Below are positions 27,684-43,089 of a DNA stretch of 64,000 bases, piece after piece. How positions within the stretch are numbered: position 1 is the stretch's first letter; every line of letters starts with the position of its first letter. Under the pieces are notes generated by a model. It was not told the DNA's origin and made no database searches. It saw only the letters and a program-made list of their open reading frames with translations. Made by a program: the position numbers and the translations under genes. The stretch comes from Octopus sinensis (lineage: Eukaryota), in the NCBI RefSeq assembly GCF_006345805.1, contig NC_042997.1:146568001-146632000 (forward strand), in the 5' to 3' direction.

Positions 27684-27895
27684 ATCCAAACAAGAAAACA
27701 CAAAAAAAAACACAACAACGCGGGGACGTGGAACAAATATAGTATTATTGGACGCTCAGGAAAGAAGGGAAGAAGGAGGGTTTAACGTTTCGAGCAGAGC
27801 TCTTCGTCGGAAACATAGGAGAAGGAAAGATCCAGAGAAGGGAAGACAGAGGGAAAAAAATTACCAACGGTACACACGAGGTCACATTTTGAAAA

Positions 27896-27958
<63 letters not shown>

Positions 27959-28200
27959 GTATATATATATATATATGAGTGTATATTTTTGTGTGTCTGT
28001 GTTTGTCACCCCAACATCGCTTGACAACCGAAGCTGGAGTGTTTACGTCCCCGTAGTTAGCGGTTCGACAAATGGTTCGATAGAATACGTACTAGGCTTA
28101 CAAAGAATAAGTCCTGGGGTTGATTTGCTCAACTAAAGGTGGTGCTCCGGCATGGCCACAGTCAAATGACTGAAACAAGCAAAAGAGTAAAAGAGTAAGG
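27478..28200 (+). mobile_element. Bipartite SINE B+C with nested HHR-bearing element (about 27680-27895)
   Basis: B head gtaggagtggctgtgcgataagtagc...ggttcagccccactgcg at 27478-27642; C module at 27990-28200. Confidence 0.75.
27780..27814 (-). ncRNA. Minimal type I hammerhead motif, CCGACGA core variant
   Basis: Minus strand GTTT-CCGACGA-A-GAGC TCT GCTC-GAAAC-GTT-AAAC: stem I GTTT/AAAC, palindromic ACGU stem III. Confidence 0.65.
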
Positions 28201-28739
28201 AGGTATATTTGTAAATAGGTAGTTAGTAAGTAGGTGGATGGCTGGGTAGACAGATATGTTTTGAGATGATCTTCAACAGAAAGTATTGTAGTTAATTTGT
28301 TCAATAAAACTACCACCTTTCTAGTGTGTGTATGTGTGTGTGTGTGTCAGTCCGTCTGTGTGTTTGCATGTAAATGGCTGAATAATTCTACAGACGTATA
28401 TAACTTTAACGTAATTCCTGTGCATATTTGCTTGAGACTCTTTCTGCCACGACAGGGTTTTTTTGTATAACCGGCTTCCACCCATTTTCCGTTTCCTTTA
28501 ATTTCAAATACGAAGCCGTATCAAATCGTGGGTCAAGTGAAATACGCATGCGCAAGATCACATGTAGCAGGTTCGAACTGTACACTTCGTCATTGTTAAA
28601 CTAACTTCTATGTCACCCGATCATGTTTGCACGTATATTTATACATATACACCCACGTACACGTATTTATAGCTGTGTATTCATATTTATACATACTTAC
28701 ACACACACACATACGTACATACATACATACATACATACA

Positions 28740-28771
<32 letters not shown>

Positions 28772-29278
28772 AACACACACACATATATATATACACATTC
28801 ATTCACATATTCATGTCTGCGAGAGAGAGAGAGAGAGAGAGAGAGTGTGTGTGTGGTGTGTGTGTGGTGTGTGTGTGTGTGTGTGTGTTGTGTGTGTGTG
28901 TGTGCGTGCGCGTGTGTCTGTGCGTGTGATATACTGGATACTGAAACTTCACAAATTGTCACTTGCTGCCGATATTCGGACGATTTTAAAAATGAGATCA
29001 TTAACTTTAGTAGTTAATAATTACACAGTAAAACCAAAAGAATCTTTTCTATATAAGAAAGAGTTCTGTCCACGACCTTCTATTAATTCCAGGTTATTTA
29101 ATCCCCGATATCACCTTTATCTGCATTATTTCTCGTTATTATAGCAGGACATATAACGATGAGCTTGCTTTTTCATACATCCTCTGGTAATACAACAGGA
29201 GACGTCATCAGTGACGTTTCCTGGGGTCATTAGATGTTTCACGTCTTTCGACTTTAGACACCCTCATGCCTTCACCCT

Positions 29279-29397
29279 ACTAGCGTAGCTATGGGAGGGA
29301 TAGGGGCGGCACTTTGGGGTCTACTGTAGGCAATATGTGCTTTTTGTGGAGCCCGAGGGCGGCAAACGGAAGCAGCACACTCTCTAGTTACGCTAGT
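29279..29397. mobile_element. Small MITE-like element
   Basis: Terminal ACTAGCGTAGCTA vs TAGTTACGCTAGT (12/13 inverted match), GC-rich interior with two gggcggca motifs; TSD not clean. Confidence 0.5.
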
Positions 29398-30445
29398 GCC
29401 TCACCCAGGTGACCCAACCGGGGCTGATCAAGCCCCACTTTGTGTCCAGTTAGCACTATCCCTGGTAGTACTCGCCTTCCAAAGGTACGTGCCTCCTAAT
29501 TCATAGCGATCCTGAGACAATCTCCGTTGCTGTCACAGCTTAGTTGATGGCTATCCGCCTACTGGCTCCTGTGATGCCGAACTTGTTATAAACTCTGCAG
29601 AGAAACTGACTTTCAAATCCTCAGAACTGTTAGAAGGTCCAACTAAATGCTGTATGATTTTTCTTCCAACTCTGTGTGCTCTGAGTTAAAATCCCGCCGA
29701 GGTCAACCTTGTCTTTCATCTATCCGGGATCGATAAAAGAAAATACCTGTCAAATATTGATGGTAATGGTATTGATTTACCCCTCTTCAAAAATTGCTGG
29801 TTTTGTGCCTGAAAATTTATCGTTGTAACAAGACAGTTATAACAGGACACTTTGTAACTGTGACTTTGCTCATAACATACTATACATGACCTACATTAAT
29901 CTTTTCTACTTTAGGCACAAGGCCCGAAATTTTGGAGGAGTGGGGCCAGTCGAGTAGATCGAGTACTTAATTTATCGACCCGAAAGGATGAAAGGCAAAG
30001 TCGACCTCGGCGGAATTTGAACTCAGAACGTAACGGCAGACGAAATACCGCTGAGCATTTCGCCTAGAGTGCTAACGTTTCTGCCAGCTCGCCGCCTTAG
30101 ACCAAAAACTATTGACTAGTATAATCTTTTCATATTCCAATAAATCATAGATATCATAAGATTGTTGACAGATGTGGGATTAAGATAAGCTATTCATATT
30201 GTAACTATTTTAATATCAGAAACCTATCCATCAACGGCAATAGTCCTTCCACAACATGTAATTCCATTAGCAGTCATTGTTATTCGAAAGTGGTAATCTG
30301 CTGTGTTGCGTTAAAGTACAGTCAGAGACTGTACCCACTAAGTATCCACTAAGATTTACATCAACTCAAGCGAGAATGGCTTCAAAATTCCTTTTAATAA
30401 ACGCATTCATTCAGTTCTATATTTAAGAGATGAGGAATTATGTAC

Positions 30446-30723
30446 ATTATTTACATTATTTACATTCGACGGATATTTGTCATCATCCTGTTTGTTGTTA
30501 ACACAACGTTTCGGCTGATATACCCTTCAGCCTTCATTAGGTGTCTTGGGGAAATTTCGTACCTGGGTTCTCATTCCTAAGGTATTCTCATTCCTAAAAA
30601 CCCAGGTTCGAAAATTTCCCCAAGACACCTGATGAAGGCTGGAGGGTATATCAGCTGAAACGTTGTGTTAACAACAAACAAAATGAAGACAAATATCCGT
30701 CGAATGTAAATAATGTAAATAAT
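30446..30723. repeat. Long inverted repeat (about 125-bp arms) with a hammerhead motif in each arm
   Basis: Arms 30446-30569 and 30599-30723; spacer contains tctcattcctaa twice. Confidence 0.9.
30624..30669 (+). ncRNA. Type I hammerhead motif, canonical core
   Basis: GACAC-CTGATGA-A-GGCTG GAGGGTATAT CAGCT-GAAAC-GTT-GTGTT. The mirror copy at 30500-30545 (-) has a CTAATGA core and a perfect GGCTG/CAGCC stem II. Confidence 0.75.
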
Positions 30724-31753
30724 ATAAACACATTCATATAATCAAGAAGTCTCAAAGGAAATTTCTCTCAAGCCTCTCTAAGTTTATATAGTTTTTAAAG
30801 AAACGGGATCTTTGGCGTGTAAAATTTCAATAGACGATTCTCAGTTTTGCTATCATTATGAACAAAGGCGCACCAGACTGATGCCTGAGGGTTGCATCAA
30901 GTGACTTCTAATGGCGGAAGCCTGAACTACAACAGGCTTGTCCTACAGAGAACATTTTCGGATACTTTTGGGTACCGCCTTGTATATATACGATGGGTTC
31001 CTTTCAGTTTCCGTCTACCAAATCAACTCGCAACGCTTTGTTCGGCCCGAGGCTATAGTAGTAGACAATTGCCCACGGTGCTACGCAGTGGAACTGAACC
31101 CGGAACCATATAGCTGTGAAGCAAACTTCTTACCACACACACACGCGTGCGATGGGCGCCCACATAGTTTCCGTGTGTATTAAATTAACTCACAAGAATT
31201 CGGTCGGCACGGTGCTATTGTAGAAGACACTTTCTAAGGTGTTGCGCTGTGGGATTGAACCCCAAACAACATGTTTGCAAAGCGAGCCTCTTAACCACAC
31301 AACGCATGCTTGCGCCAATATATTGCACCGCTAACATTATTTTTTTTTAATCGGATGTAATTTTTCATGTATTTATTTATCCATTTATTTATTTATTTAC
31401 TCCACCTAAATTCTCACCTCATTAATTAATTCTGTATAGAAAAGAGAACGTTATGAAACAAGCTTTCGTTGCTCCCGACGATGGCGCCTCAGTTTCTAGT
31501 CGGAGTGAATGTCTCTTTGTTAACACTGTCATCAGTGACCGATTCACGTTGATTTTATTTCATTTTTATTATATTTTTTCCTTAATGGTTTCAGTTGATC
31601 TACTGCTGGAGCACAAAACTATAACATATACATACATATATACATGCACGCACAAATACAAACATACGCACACGAATACACATATATATATATATATGCA
31701 TACACACATGCATATATAGTATATACATATATACACAGATATACACACATGTT

Positions 31754-31785
<32 letters not shown>

Positions 31786-32594
31786 AATATATATATATAT
31801 ATACATATATATACATACGTATACATACATGTACAAGTGTATCTATATATACTATGTGTGTGTCTTGTACAAAGATAATAAAAAACAGTCTTAGGTTGAC
31901 GTTCAGGAAAATACAGACACTTCCACATACATGGACACACACATGCATACATACACATACATATATACACACATGCATACACACATACACACACATCCAT
32001 ATATATATATACATACACATACACACTCGTACATATAGACACATACATACATACACACATACACATACACGCGCGCACACATGCATACTAACGTATATAT
32101 ATATATACGTACATATACATACACATACATATATATATATATACATAGACACACATACATACACACATGCACACATACTCATACATACATCTATACATAC
32201 ACATATATACACATACACATTCACATATATACACACACACATACACACATGCACACACACACATACACACATACACACACACACACACACACGCACACAC
32301 ATATTACGAACACGATAAAGAAGGAAGGGTAAAGAAAAAAAGAATTAGCGTGGAATGTTTCACGCTTTGAGTTTTATTGTATTACTTATTATTGCTCGAG
32401 GACTGGAAAATGTCCAGCCGTAAATACCTATACAATTTTAGAAAGTGGTCAACAAAAAGAGCTTCCCGATTTGTGAGAAACAGCGGCTAAATCTCCCTCA
32501 AATTTCGCCTCCTTGTTTAACAATAAAAATTTCGCCTCCTTGTTTAAAAATAAAAATAAAAAGTGTGGCAGTGTTATAAGATGTTTGCTTTCTA

Positions 32595-32824
32595 TAAGGC
32601 GGCGAGCTGGCAGAAAAGTTAGCACACCGGGCGAAATGCTTAGCGATATTTCGTCTGCCGTACGTTCTGAGTTCGAATTCCGCCGAGGTCGACTTTGCCT
32701 TACATCCTTTCGGGGTCGATAAATTAAGTACCAGTTACGCACTGGGGTCGATGTAATCGACTTAATCCCTTTGTCTGTCTTTGTTTGTCCCCTCTATATT
32801 TAGCCCCTTGTGAGCAATAAAGAA
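32595..32824 (+). mobile_element. SINE family A, full length, 19-bp TSD, nested in a family B SINE
   Basis: ATAAGATGTTTGCTTTCTA at 32576-32594 and 32825-32843. Confidence 0.9.
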
Positions 32825-33558
32825 ATAAGATGTTTGCTTTCTAACCACATGGTTCCAGGTTCAATCTTACTGTGTCGCACTTTGCGCAAATGTCTTCCAC
32901 GGTAGCCTAGGGCTGATCAAAACCTTGTGAGTGGGTCTGGTAGAGAGAAACTGAAAGAAGCTCGTCGTTTATATGTGTGTGCGTGTGTGTGCTTGTGTGT
33001 GTGTATGTATCAATGTGTGCGTGTGAATGTATGTGTGTGTGTTTACGTCGCCGTATTCTAGCGGTTCGGCAAAAGAGCCCGATAGTATAAGTGCTCGGCT
33101 TAAAATAGAAATATGTACTGAGGTTGCTTCATTCGATTGAAATTGTTCAAGACGGTACTCCAGCATGGCCGTAGCCTTGTAACTGTAACAAGTAAAAGAT
33201 AAAAGATAAAATACAATAAACGACGTGCCCCTACATATACAAGCATAGTTTTGCTCGATGATTTTTGACCTTCAGTTAAACAGGGTATAGTCGTTCTTCC
33301 TTGGTATTGCCAACTCATTCATCGTTTTGCCTTTTTGCCTTTTTGCCTTTGAAAATCGATTTCTACCACTATCTGCGGGTACCTCGGGAAGAATAAGTTC
33401 ACGAACGCACAGCCATGCTCGTGACCAATATCCTTCTAAAATTGGAGCGATATGCGTGCTAATTTGAGGATGTGCATAAAGTACATTCACATACACACAC
33501 ATACGCACACACACACATCCTACCTTTTTATAGATATAAATAAAATCAAAATAACCAA

Positions 33559-33798
33559 CAGGATATCAAGAGGTGATGTAGTACGACAGTTTCAAGCGGC
33601 TCCATTTAATTGAACAATGCAATCATTGCACCTGTTTAAATGCAGGGCTATACGGCTGATTAAAACAAATTCTATTTATTTATTTATGCAGCTGAGGATA
33701 GCCCTGCATTGAAATTGATGTAATGATTGCATTGTTCAATTAAATGGAGCCGCTTGAAACGGTTGTACTGCATCACTGCATCACCTCTGAATATCCTG
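33559..33798. repeat. Inverted repeat, arms of about 95 bp
   Basis: 33559-33651 vs 33698-33798; each arm has a GAAAC-N-GT-H half motif but no recognisable CTGANGA. Confidence 0.85.
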
Positions 33799-33867
33799 CT
33801 GCTTATATATATATGTACATATATATATATTGGGGGAGTGAGTGTGTGCATGCATGCATGCGTGCGT

Positions 33868-33908
<41 letters not shown>

Positions 33909-36272
33909 GGTGTCTGTGTTTGTTATCCCACACAGCGCTTTACAACCGGTGTTGGTTTACTTACGCCCTTGAAATTCATTGGTTCGGCAAAAGAGACGCG
34001 TAGAATAAGTAATAGACTTCAAAATAAATACTGGGGTCAATTTGTTCGACTAAATCCTTCAAAGCAATGACCCAGCATGGCCGCAGTCTAATGACTTAAG
34101 TAAGTTCTTCTATTTTTTCATTTTTTTTTTTAACTTTCGCCAGTCTTTGAATTGCGGCGATGCTGGGGCAACGCCTTGAAATGTTTAGTTAAACAAATCG
34201 ATACCAGTACATATTTTTGTAAGAATCTGACCCCAATTCTATCGGTCTCTTTTACTGAGCCGCTATATGTCGGGGACGTAAACAACCCCACATTGATTGT
34301 CGAGGAGTGGAGAGACAAACACAGAGGCGCGCGCGCGCGCACACGCACACACACACACACACACAAACACACGCACACATACACACACCAACACATATAT
34401 ACATAAAACAGACCCTACACACACACGTCTTACGTCAACCAAATTTATTCATAAGGCATTGATCGGCCCCGGGCTATAGTAAAAGACACTTACCCAAGAT
34501 GCCGTGCAGTAGGCTTGAACCAGAAGCTAAGTGGTTACGAAGCCAGCTTCGCAACCACGTGGTCATGCCTGCGCTATATAGTTTTTTGTATGCGTGAGAA
34601 GTCCAAGGAGACGGAAATGTTTAGGGGTTTTATCTTAATTTTAAAAATGCAAATATGAATGGAGTGGAAAATAGGCTTTTATTTCTAGCAAATCGAACTA
34701 CCACGTAGGGGCTTCCACATTGTTTCAAACACAGTGCATGTTTTGATTTGCTGCCTCATAAATCCACCCCTGTTTTATATTTTATTTTATATTTATGTAT
34801 AAAACAGGGAGCTTGGCTCGCGCCACTGGTCAATAATAATGATTATAATAATAGGATAGATGTTAAAAGCTTTTGCTCTTCGCTTATCATTAGACAATGA
34901 CAGAAAGGAGAGCGAGATGTAGTCGAAGAGAGAGAGAAAGAGTGAAGCAGACGGGCAGGTAGAGAGGGAGTAAAGAAGGGAGAGAAAGGAAAACAGAGAG
35001 AAAGAGAAGGGGGCTATAGAGAAATAAAAACAGCGATGTACCTAAAGGGACAAAATTATAGAGAGGGTGAGAGAAGGAAGATGAGAGAGAGCGAAAACAG
35101 CAACAGACAGGACATGACCTTTATAGACACCGAGCTTTCATAGCGTGAAGGAGAAGGTCAATGTAAGTTAGAATATAAAGTTAACAAAAACAAACATAAC
35201 AAAAGGCTTCACTTAATTGTTATAGGAGCGTGTATAATCTTTCTTTTTTTCTTCCCGCTTTCTTACATTATCTCTCTTCCTCTCTCTTCCATTTGTAATT
35301 CCTTTTTCCGCCTTTAAATATCGTTTATTTACCCCTTTTTTTCTATGGTAATTTCTTTCTATTTATTTCAATCTTTAAATTTTTATATTTCTTTCTATAG
35401 TAATTTGTTGCTTTTTTTTCTCCTATAATTCTTTCTTTATTTCTTTATGTTTTGTTATTGTTGTTGTTGTTGTTTTTCTTCTATTTGACCACAAACTATT
35501 CAAGTGTGTGATTTAGCATGAAGTTAAAAGAGATAAATATTAACTTAGTTATTGAAGAGCTTCTGTGTATTTGTATATGTGTATATGAGTAGGTATGGGT
35601 ACGTGTGAGTCACTGTGTGTATGAATGAAGTAGGGGGCGTAACCCCCGTGACAAAACAAAAAAAATTCAATAAATATTAGAATAAAATCGAAGAAAAGAC
35701 TACAAACAAAATAAAAAGTGAATGAACCCAGTTAAGAGGCTGAAAATAGCTGTTGACACAGAGGTCAGGATTGTCGTTACACATCCATGAACAAGCCTGA
35801 CTGGAGAAAGACTGAAGCCGTGAAAAAGTACACATATTATTTGTTGCGTATGGAGTAAGAACAAGACATGCGCATATACATACACATAAGCACACACAAG
35901 CACACACACACACATATTTATCTATGTATGTATATATATACCGTTAATGCTTCTGTATTTCATGTTTCTGTATTCCATTATTGTTTTTTGTTTTTTTTAT
36001 ATCTGTCCCTTTTGCTGTCCTGGTGTTCGTATGCATTCGATCCTTCTTCCAGGAAATCCACGCTTCCAGCTTAGTTTTTCTAATGCTCGTTGCTTAGTTT
36101 TTTTTGGAGGGCTGGCCGTGATCTAGTAATCTCAAGATTAATCAGCCGAAATTACTACGATGATCCGGTTCTTGACTGAAGACTGAGGGTTTCGAGTGTC
36201 CTGTCCGTGTTTTTATTGTGTCGTCTTCTAAGAGTTATACGTTCTTGTCCTTGTTGTATTTTTCTACATACC

Positions 36273-36317
<45 letters not shown>

Positions 36318-36389
36318 TATATGCATATATACATACATATATGTACATACTTACATCTACATGTATATATACATGCATATATATATATA

Positions 36390-36427
<38 letters not shown>

Positions 36428-37076
36428 AGGACACCACAAATAAACGTAGAACATGAGAGACGAAAACATAAAATCAAACAAGGAAACTGACTTTTTTTAA
36501 CAACGAAAAAAACAAGGAAACGGACTTTTTTTAAAAACAACGAAAAAACAGAGTACAGGACAAACAATACAAGGGAAATTCCCCTTCATCAGCTGCCCCT
36601 GGTTCGACTCAATGCGTGTTTCGAAGGTAAGGGCAGAACACGGCCAGGGCGAAGCAGTCCTTCCTGCAAAAGGTATTAAATAAAATTCTTTTGCAGAGGG
36701 GTAAAACAAGTGACAAGAACAGGACGTAAAAGCAATACAAATGAAGAAAAAACAGTAGAAAAAACAGTACAAATAAAGAAACAGGACAAGGAACCAACAA
36801 TGAGGGCTTTTTTTGCCTCGACGGTGGAAAAATTAGTTAGAACGCATGTGAAAAATCGGCTTGCGAAGGACAGAGAAGTCGATCTATACTTGTTGAAGCA
36901 CGAAGCTGAAAGAAAGTTTTAGCAGCCCTCTGGTCAGGAGGAGGAGGAGGAGGAGGAGAGAAAGAGAGAGGGAAAAAGAAACCAGAAAGGGTGAAAAATA
37001 AGGAGGAAGACAAGTAGAGAGGAAGTCAGACAGGCAGGGAGGAAAGGTCAAAGAGTAAGAGTGCGCGTCATGATTA

Positions 37077-37112
<36 letters not shown>

Positions 37113-37204
37113 TGTATGTATGTATGTATGTATGTATGCATGCATGTATGTATGTATTTATGTATGTATGTATGTATGTATGTATGTATGTATGTATGTA
37201 TGTA

Positions 37205-37580
37205 TGTGGCTGTGTTGTAAGTAGCTTGCTTAAAAACCACATGGTTCCGGGTTCAGTCCCACTGCACGGCACCTTGGGCAAGTGTCTTCTACTATAGCCT
37301 CGGGCCGCCCAAAGTCTTGTGAGTGGATATGGTAGACGGAAACTGAAAGAAGCCCGTCGTATATATGTGTGTGTGTGTGCATGATTTTTGTCTCCCCATC
37401 ATCGCTTGACAAACGATGTTGGTGGGTTTATGTCCTCGTAACCTAGCGGTTCGACAAAAGAGACCGATAGGATAAGTACTAGGCTTACAAAAATAAGTTA
37501 TGGGGTCGATTTGTTCGACTAAAGGCGGTGCTCCAGCATGGACGCAGTCAAGTGATTGATGCAAGTAAAAGAGTAAAGGA
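37205..37580 (+). mobile_element. Complete bipartite SINE (B head, short microsatellite, C module)
   Basis: tRNA-like head (GGCTGTGTTGTAAG; GGTTCAGTCCC), ccttgggcaagtgtctt (CORE-like start), short (TA)(TG), C module, gtaaaagag tail. Confidence 0.85.
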
Positions 37581-38143
37581 GTATATTATTTGCCAGCAAA
37601 ATGTGGCACTCACTGTTGGGACGAACGTTACTGTTATTTAGCTCCAGGAAAACATCGTCCTCAGCTGGCTATACGACACACTATCTGAGTCCTAATATTC
37701 TCGAACAGGGGAGATTAGCATCCCCACTTAGCACAACGCAATATCTGTGCGCCAGTAATCGAACCCGAGGATAAATATCAGTAACATTCGTCCCAACCGG
37801 GACTATCACATTATGTTAACAAATAATCTTTACTTTAGAGTACTGTACTGAATGTTTCACGTTGAGAGATTTAGAAATAATAATGTTTCTATTTATACAT
37901 ACATACACATACACACACACACAAACACACACACACACACATATATAAATGAGTAAATATTCTAATGAATATTCATATAGATATTATTATTATTATTATT
38001 GGCATTATTGTTATTGGCATTATTATTATTATTATTACTTTTTTTTTTCTTCTTTCAAATTTTCTTCCATTTCTTGCCGAGTGTCTTCCCGACTCCTAGG
38101 GCAAAGAAACTCATAGTGTATATTGGTATTATTATTATTATTA

Positions 38144-38188
<45 letters not shown>

Positions 38189-38284
38189 CATCATCATTAG
38201 CAGTGAATATATCAATAATAATAATAATAATAATAAAAATAATAATAATAATAATAAATAATAATGATAATAATAATAATAATG

Positions 38285-38317
<33 letters not shown>

Positions 38318-38452
38318 GTATAGTAATAATAATAATAATAATAACAACAACAACAACAACAATAATAATAATAATTATAATAATAATGATAATAATAATA
38401 ATAATAATAATAATGATAATAATAATGATGATAATAATAATAATGATAATAA

Positions 38453-38837
38453 TAGAAAAAAAAATGCTTTCTAATTGATGTATCAATACCGGCTGATGAC
38501 AACGTGTCTCTAAAAGAAATGGAGAAACTCTCAAAATACAAAGACCTGGAAATAGAGGTAACTAGAATGTGGAATCTGAAAACAGAAACAATTCCTATCA
38601 TAGTAGGTGCATTAGGCATGATAAAAAAATATTCAGACAAATACATAACAAAAACACCAGGACTTACAAACACATATAACATACAGAAAATTGCACTACT
38701 AGGCACTGCACACATCCTACGCAGAACACTTTCCATACAATAACCATCAGAGCATCACAACAAATCACAGCACATACCCAAGGCACACAGAGCTGCGCTC
38801 GGTAGTGAAGTGAAAGCACGCTATAAAAATAAAACTA

Positions 38838-38840
<3 letters not shown>
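38453..38840 (+). mobile_element. 5'-truncated R4/Dong-like retrotransposon 3' end (part of RLE domain plus 3' UTR) in (TAA)n
   Basis: KCFLIDVSIPADDNVSLKEMEKLSKYKDLEIEVTRMWNLKTETIPIIVGALGMIK...IQKIALLGTAHILRRTL*, open to the stop at 38743; (TAA)n on both sides. Confidence 0.85.
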
Positions 38841-38924
<84 letters not shown>

Positions 38925-38943
38925 TAATGATAATAATATAATA

Positions 38944-38975
<32 letters not shown>

Positions 38976-39116
38976 TAATAATAATAATAATAGTGGCCAG
39001 CAAGCAATAATGCCGTTATATGGCAAATCAATAATTTTTTAATTAATAAATAATTATAATAGAATGTACACGAAGTACCAGCTTGCTAGAAATATATGTA
39101 TGTATGTGTGTGTATG

Positions 39117-39191
<75 letters not shown>

Positions 39192-39927
39192 GCACACAGA
39201 AAAACACACACATGCACATAAATACCCATAATATACAAAGGTGCTGAGAAGTCAACTAACAGACTAATCATCATTACGATTCATAGTACTCGGAAAACAT
39301 CTACTATACATACATACATACATACATACATACATACATACATACATACACGCATGTGTGTGTATGCGTGTGTTGTCTGCATATGTACGTATGCGTGTGA
39401 ATCTGTGTGTGTGTTTGTCCAAGCGTGTTTGTGTGTGCGCTTATGTGTGTGTGTGTGTGTGCAGACGTGCGCACGTGCGCCCATGTACAGATGCTCACAC
39501 TCGCACCAATATATACATGCACGCCAAACTATATAAGCGCGTCTATACACCCACATACAGAAATATATACTTGCACATACCACCCCTTAATACTTCCCCT
39601 CACCCCGACAACCGACCGACTTCTAATGGCACGTGATCTATTTCCTGTCCTCCACGTAGTCAATTTCCTGTTCGCAACGCGGTATTTTCCACCTAACTTT
39701 TACCCATATACCAATATCAAACCACGACATCTCGTGACCGCCCTTGACTAATCGCAGCCCACCTTAAGGTAATAACAATCAGTTTCTGTCATTCAAATTC
39801 AAAATGACTAGCATCACGCTTGAAACTCAAGAGTACCAGCGAATTTGAATCAAAATGTTTTGATATATATATATATATATACATTGCAATAAAAAGCAAA
39901 TTTCTGTACACGGATTACCATACACGT

Positions 39928-39963
39928 GTGTCTGAAGAGCTTTTAACAGTGAAACCGTTACTC
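39928..39963 (+). ncRNA. Type I hammerhead motif, slightly degenerate
   Basis: GTGT-CTGAAGA-GCT TTTAAC AGT-GAAAC C GTT-ACTC; one mismatch in stem I and a G-U closing stem II. Confidence 0.55.
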
Positions 39964-40480
39964 TTTACGAACGCTTTCTTCCAAAACGTATTTTTAATTT
40001 TTTTTAATGCAGAAAACCACAACAAATGACAGTTGTATCCACATTTTTCAATTGCCATCAGTCATTACTGTGAATGTTAGTGACAGATGGTGATCAGTCA
40101 CAGTGACATTTCCACCAACACCCACCGATGGCTATCAGTCACTGTTATATTCAGATTCACAAATCACCACCAATCATCCTGAACTACCAATTACCATTAA
40201 TCCCAAGCAGCAATCACAGCTATACCCACAGTACAGAATTTGAATGTCATCCATGAACATATCATAATCGGGCCAGTGTGGAAGGTCGCTAAGTAGCCAA
40301 CTAATTGCTAGAAGTAACAACCAAATCCCTCTTATATCACACGCCCTATCAAATACACAACAAAAACCAGGTCGTGATTAGCCTAGGGTTAAATAACAGC
40401 CACAAAAACTACAACCCGTTGCCGCTATATCTACCTACACCAAACCATCACCACCATCACCACTACTACTATTATTATTG

Positions 40481-40528
<48 letters not shown>

Positions 40529-40625
40529 TGATGATGATGATGATGATGATGATAATAATAATCCTTTCTACTACTACTACTACTAACTACTACTACTACT
40601 ACTACTAATAATAATAATAATAATA

Positions 40626-40659
<34 letters not shown>

Positions 40660-40879
40660 CCTTTCTACTGGAGACACAAGGCCTCAAATTTGTGGGGAGG
40701 GGACTAATCGATTACATCGATTTCAGTTTTTCTTTGGTATTTAATTTATCGATCCCCGAAAGGATGAAAGGTAAAGTCGACCTCGACGGAATTTGAACTC
40801 AGAATATCGCTAAGCATTTCGCTCAGCGTGTTACCGATTCTACTAGTTCACTGCCTTGATAGCAACAACGACAATAATA

Positions 40880-40940
<61 letters not shown>

Positions 40941-41735
40941 CAACAACAACAACAACAGCATCACCACCGCGACCAATCAGCGCCATATCAACATCCAAAC
41001 GCATAACAAATACATATAAGGGGAACATGCTGAGTTTTGATCAGTAGATAGACAGGGTGATCATAGCCTCATAGAAGAAAAACGAGTACAAAGACAGAAG
41101 ACGGGGTATATATATGCGTGCGTACGCGTATAGATATCTGTGTATGTATGTGCGTGTATGCGTGTAAGGTGATGAGGTTGGAGTGTGATGAGGGGGCAGG
41201 AAAGGGCCCATCTATCATCATTTAGGGGACGAGGAAAAATCAAGAAGAATGCACGGTTGACGTTAAGAGACAATTGATGAAAAAGAACAAACGAGAGGAG
41301 AGCAACTAAGAAGATACAACTGCAGGAGGCCAAGCATGGACGTGTGAATATCAACAGAGAAGAGCGTTTTATTTCTATTTTATAACAAAAACTTATTTCT
41401 CCGCAAAATCTCAGCCCCTTCGCTCCATTATAAAATTCTGAGGTCTATGTGTGCTTTTGTGTTTGTGTGTGTGTGTCTGTGTGTGGCTGCGCGCATGCGT
41501 ACGTGCACGTTTGTTGAGTGTAAGTGCTTGTGTATGTGTGTATCTATATGTATGTGTGTGTATGTAATGTGGTAGTCGTGCAGGAGAGACCAGATAGTGG
41601 GCAAAGAGCCAATGGTAAAAGAAAATCAAACAATGAGTGACAGGACGACAGAACATATACATATATATATGTATGTGTCTGTGTAATATATATATATAAT
41701 ATATGTGCATATGTACATGTATGTATGTATATATA

Positions 41736-41774
<39 letters not shown>

Positions 41775-42316
41775 TACCCATATATATATATAATAACAAT
41801 TTAATAAATAAAACATATGCATACATACATACATACATACATACATACATACATACATACATGTACATACCTACATCTATATGTATATATTCATGCATAT
41901 ATGGGTACAGAACACCACAAAAAACGAAAACATAAAAACAAAACATGGAAACGGACTTTTTTTAACAACGAAAAAACAGAGTACAAGACATACAACACAA
42001 GGAACATTTCCCTTCTTCAGCTGCCCCTGTTTCGACTTATTGTGTGTTTCGAAGGTAAGCGTATAAGTATATATAAGATTCAGTTGAATTAGGTACTTAA
42101 ATTGAGTTACCTCGTTAGGTTGGGAAAATATACATACACAACAAGAATATTATGTAAATATCAAACTTCCTACATAAGTACCGGCCGAATGATATTCCTC
42201 CATTGTATGTAGACAATTAGACCTAGCTGAGTGAAAGAATCCGCTCTTGAGCTATTCACATGTATAATACATTAAATATACGGTCCATAATATTTATGAA
42301 GAGCAGGTTCCGAGAC

Positions 42317-42689
42317 AATGAGTAACAGTAGAGGTACAGGTGATAATCCATTGCGGTTGTTTCTAACTACTCTAATTGTATAATGAAAGCATTACATCAT
42401 TGTAAAGAAACCGTTTTCATCAGATGAATTCATCAACTTCAAAATAAAGATAATTCGAAAAGATTTAACATAGTTAACTAAAATAGTAGCAGAATCACTG
42501 TAAATGCTTTTGCTGCGTAGATTGTAAACTATGTTAAATCATTTCGAATGATCTTTATTTTGGAGTTAATGAAATCATCTGATGAAAAACGGTTCCTTTA
42601 CAATGATGTAATGCTCTCATTAATCAATTAAAGGAGTTGTTGGAAACGGCCGTAATGGATTGATACCTGTACTTCTACTATTACTCATT
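42317..42689. repeat. Long inverted repeat (about 170-bp arms, roughly 85% identity by eye) with HHR-like relics
   Basis: Minus 42404-42440 GAAG-TTGATGA-ATTCATCTGAT-GAAAAC G GTT T-CTTT; plus mirror at 42562-42599. Confidence 0.85.
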
Positions 42690-42771
42690 TAAATTTATAA
42701 GCAATTATATATATATACGTGTGCACACGCGCGCGCCTGTACGTGTGAATGTGCGCGTGTGCACACGTATA

Positions 42772-42825
<54 letters not shown>

Positions 42826-43089
42826 AACACGCAACTAAAATATCGATTAGGGAATTTATGTTCCACTTTATTTTTATTCGTTACCGCAGGAAAGAAGGAA
42901 AGGAGTTTTTTATGAAGATATGGTCCTTTAATGACTGTCAGAAGTATACGCTTATTTAAAGTACAGGAGGCCTATAAGATTGCTACATATACAAAAAAAA
43001 TCTTTCAAAAACAATTACACGGAATTTCATTAAAAAATATGTGTACACCTTCTTGAATTTATACCAGGAGTTACAAAAAAAAATAAATA

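Noticed and set aside
31461-31545. CTGATGA and GAAAC on the minus strand, CCGACGA on plus
   Set aside because: Stems do not close around the boxes in either orientation.
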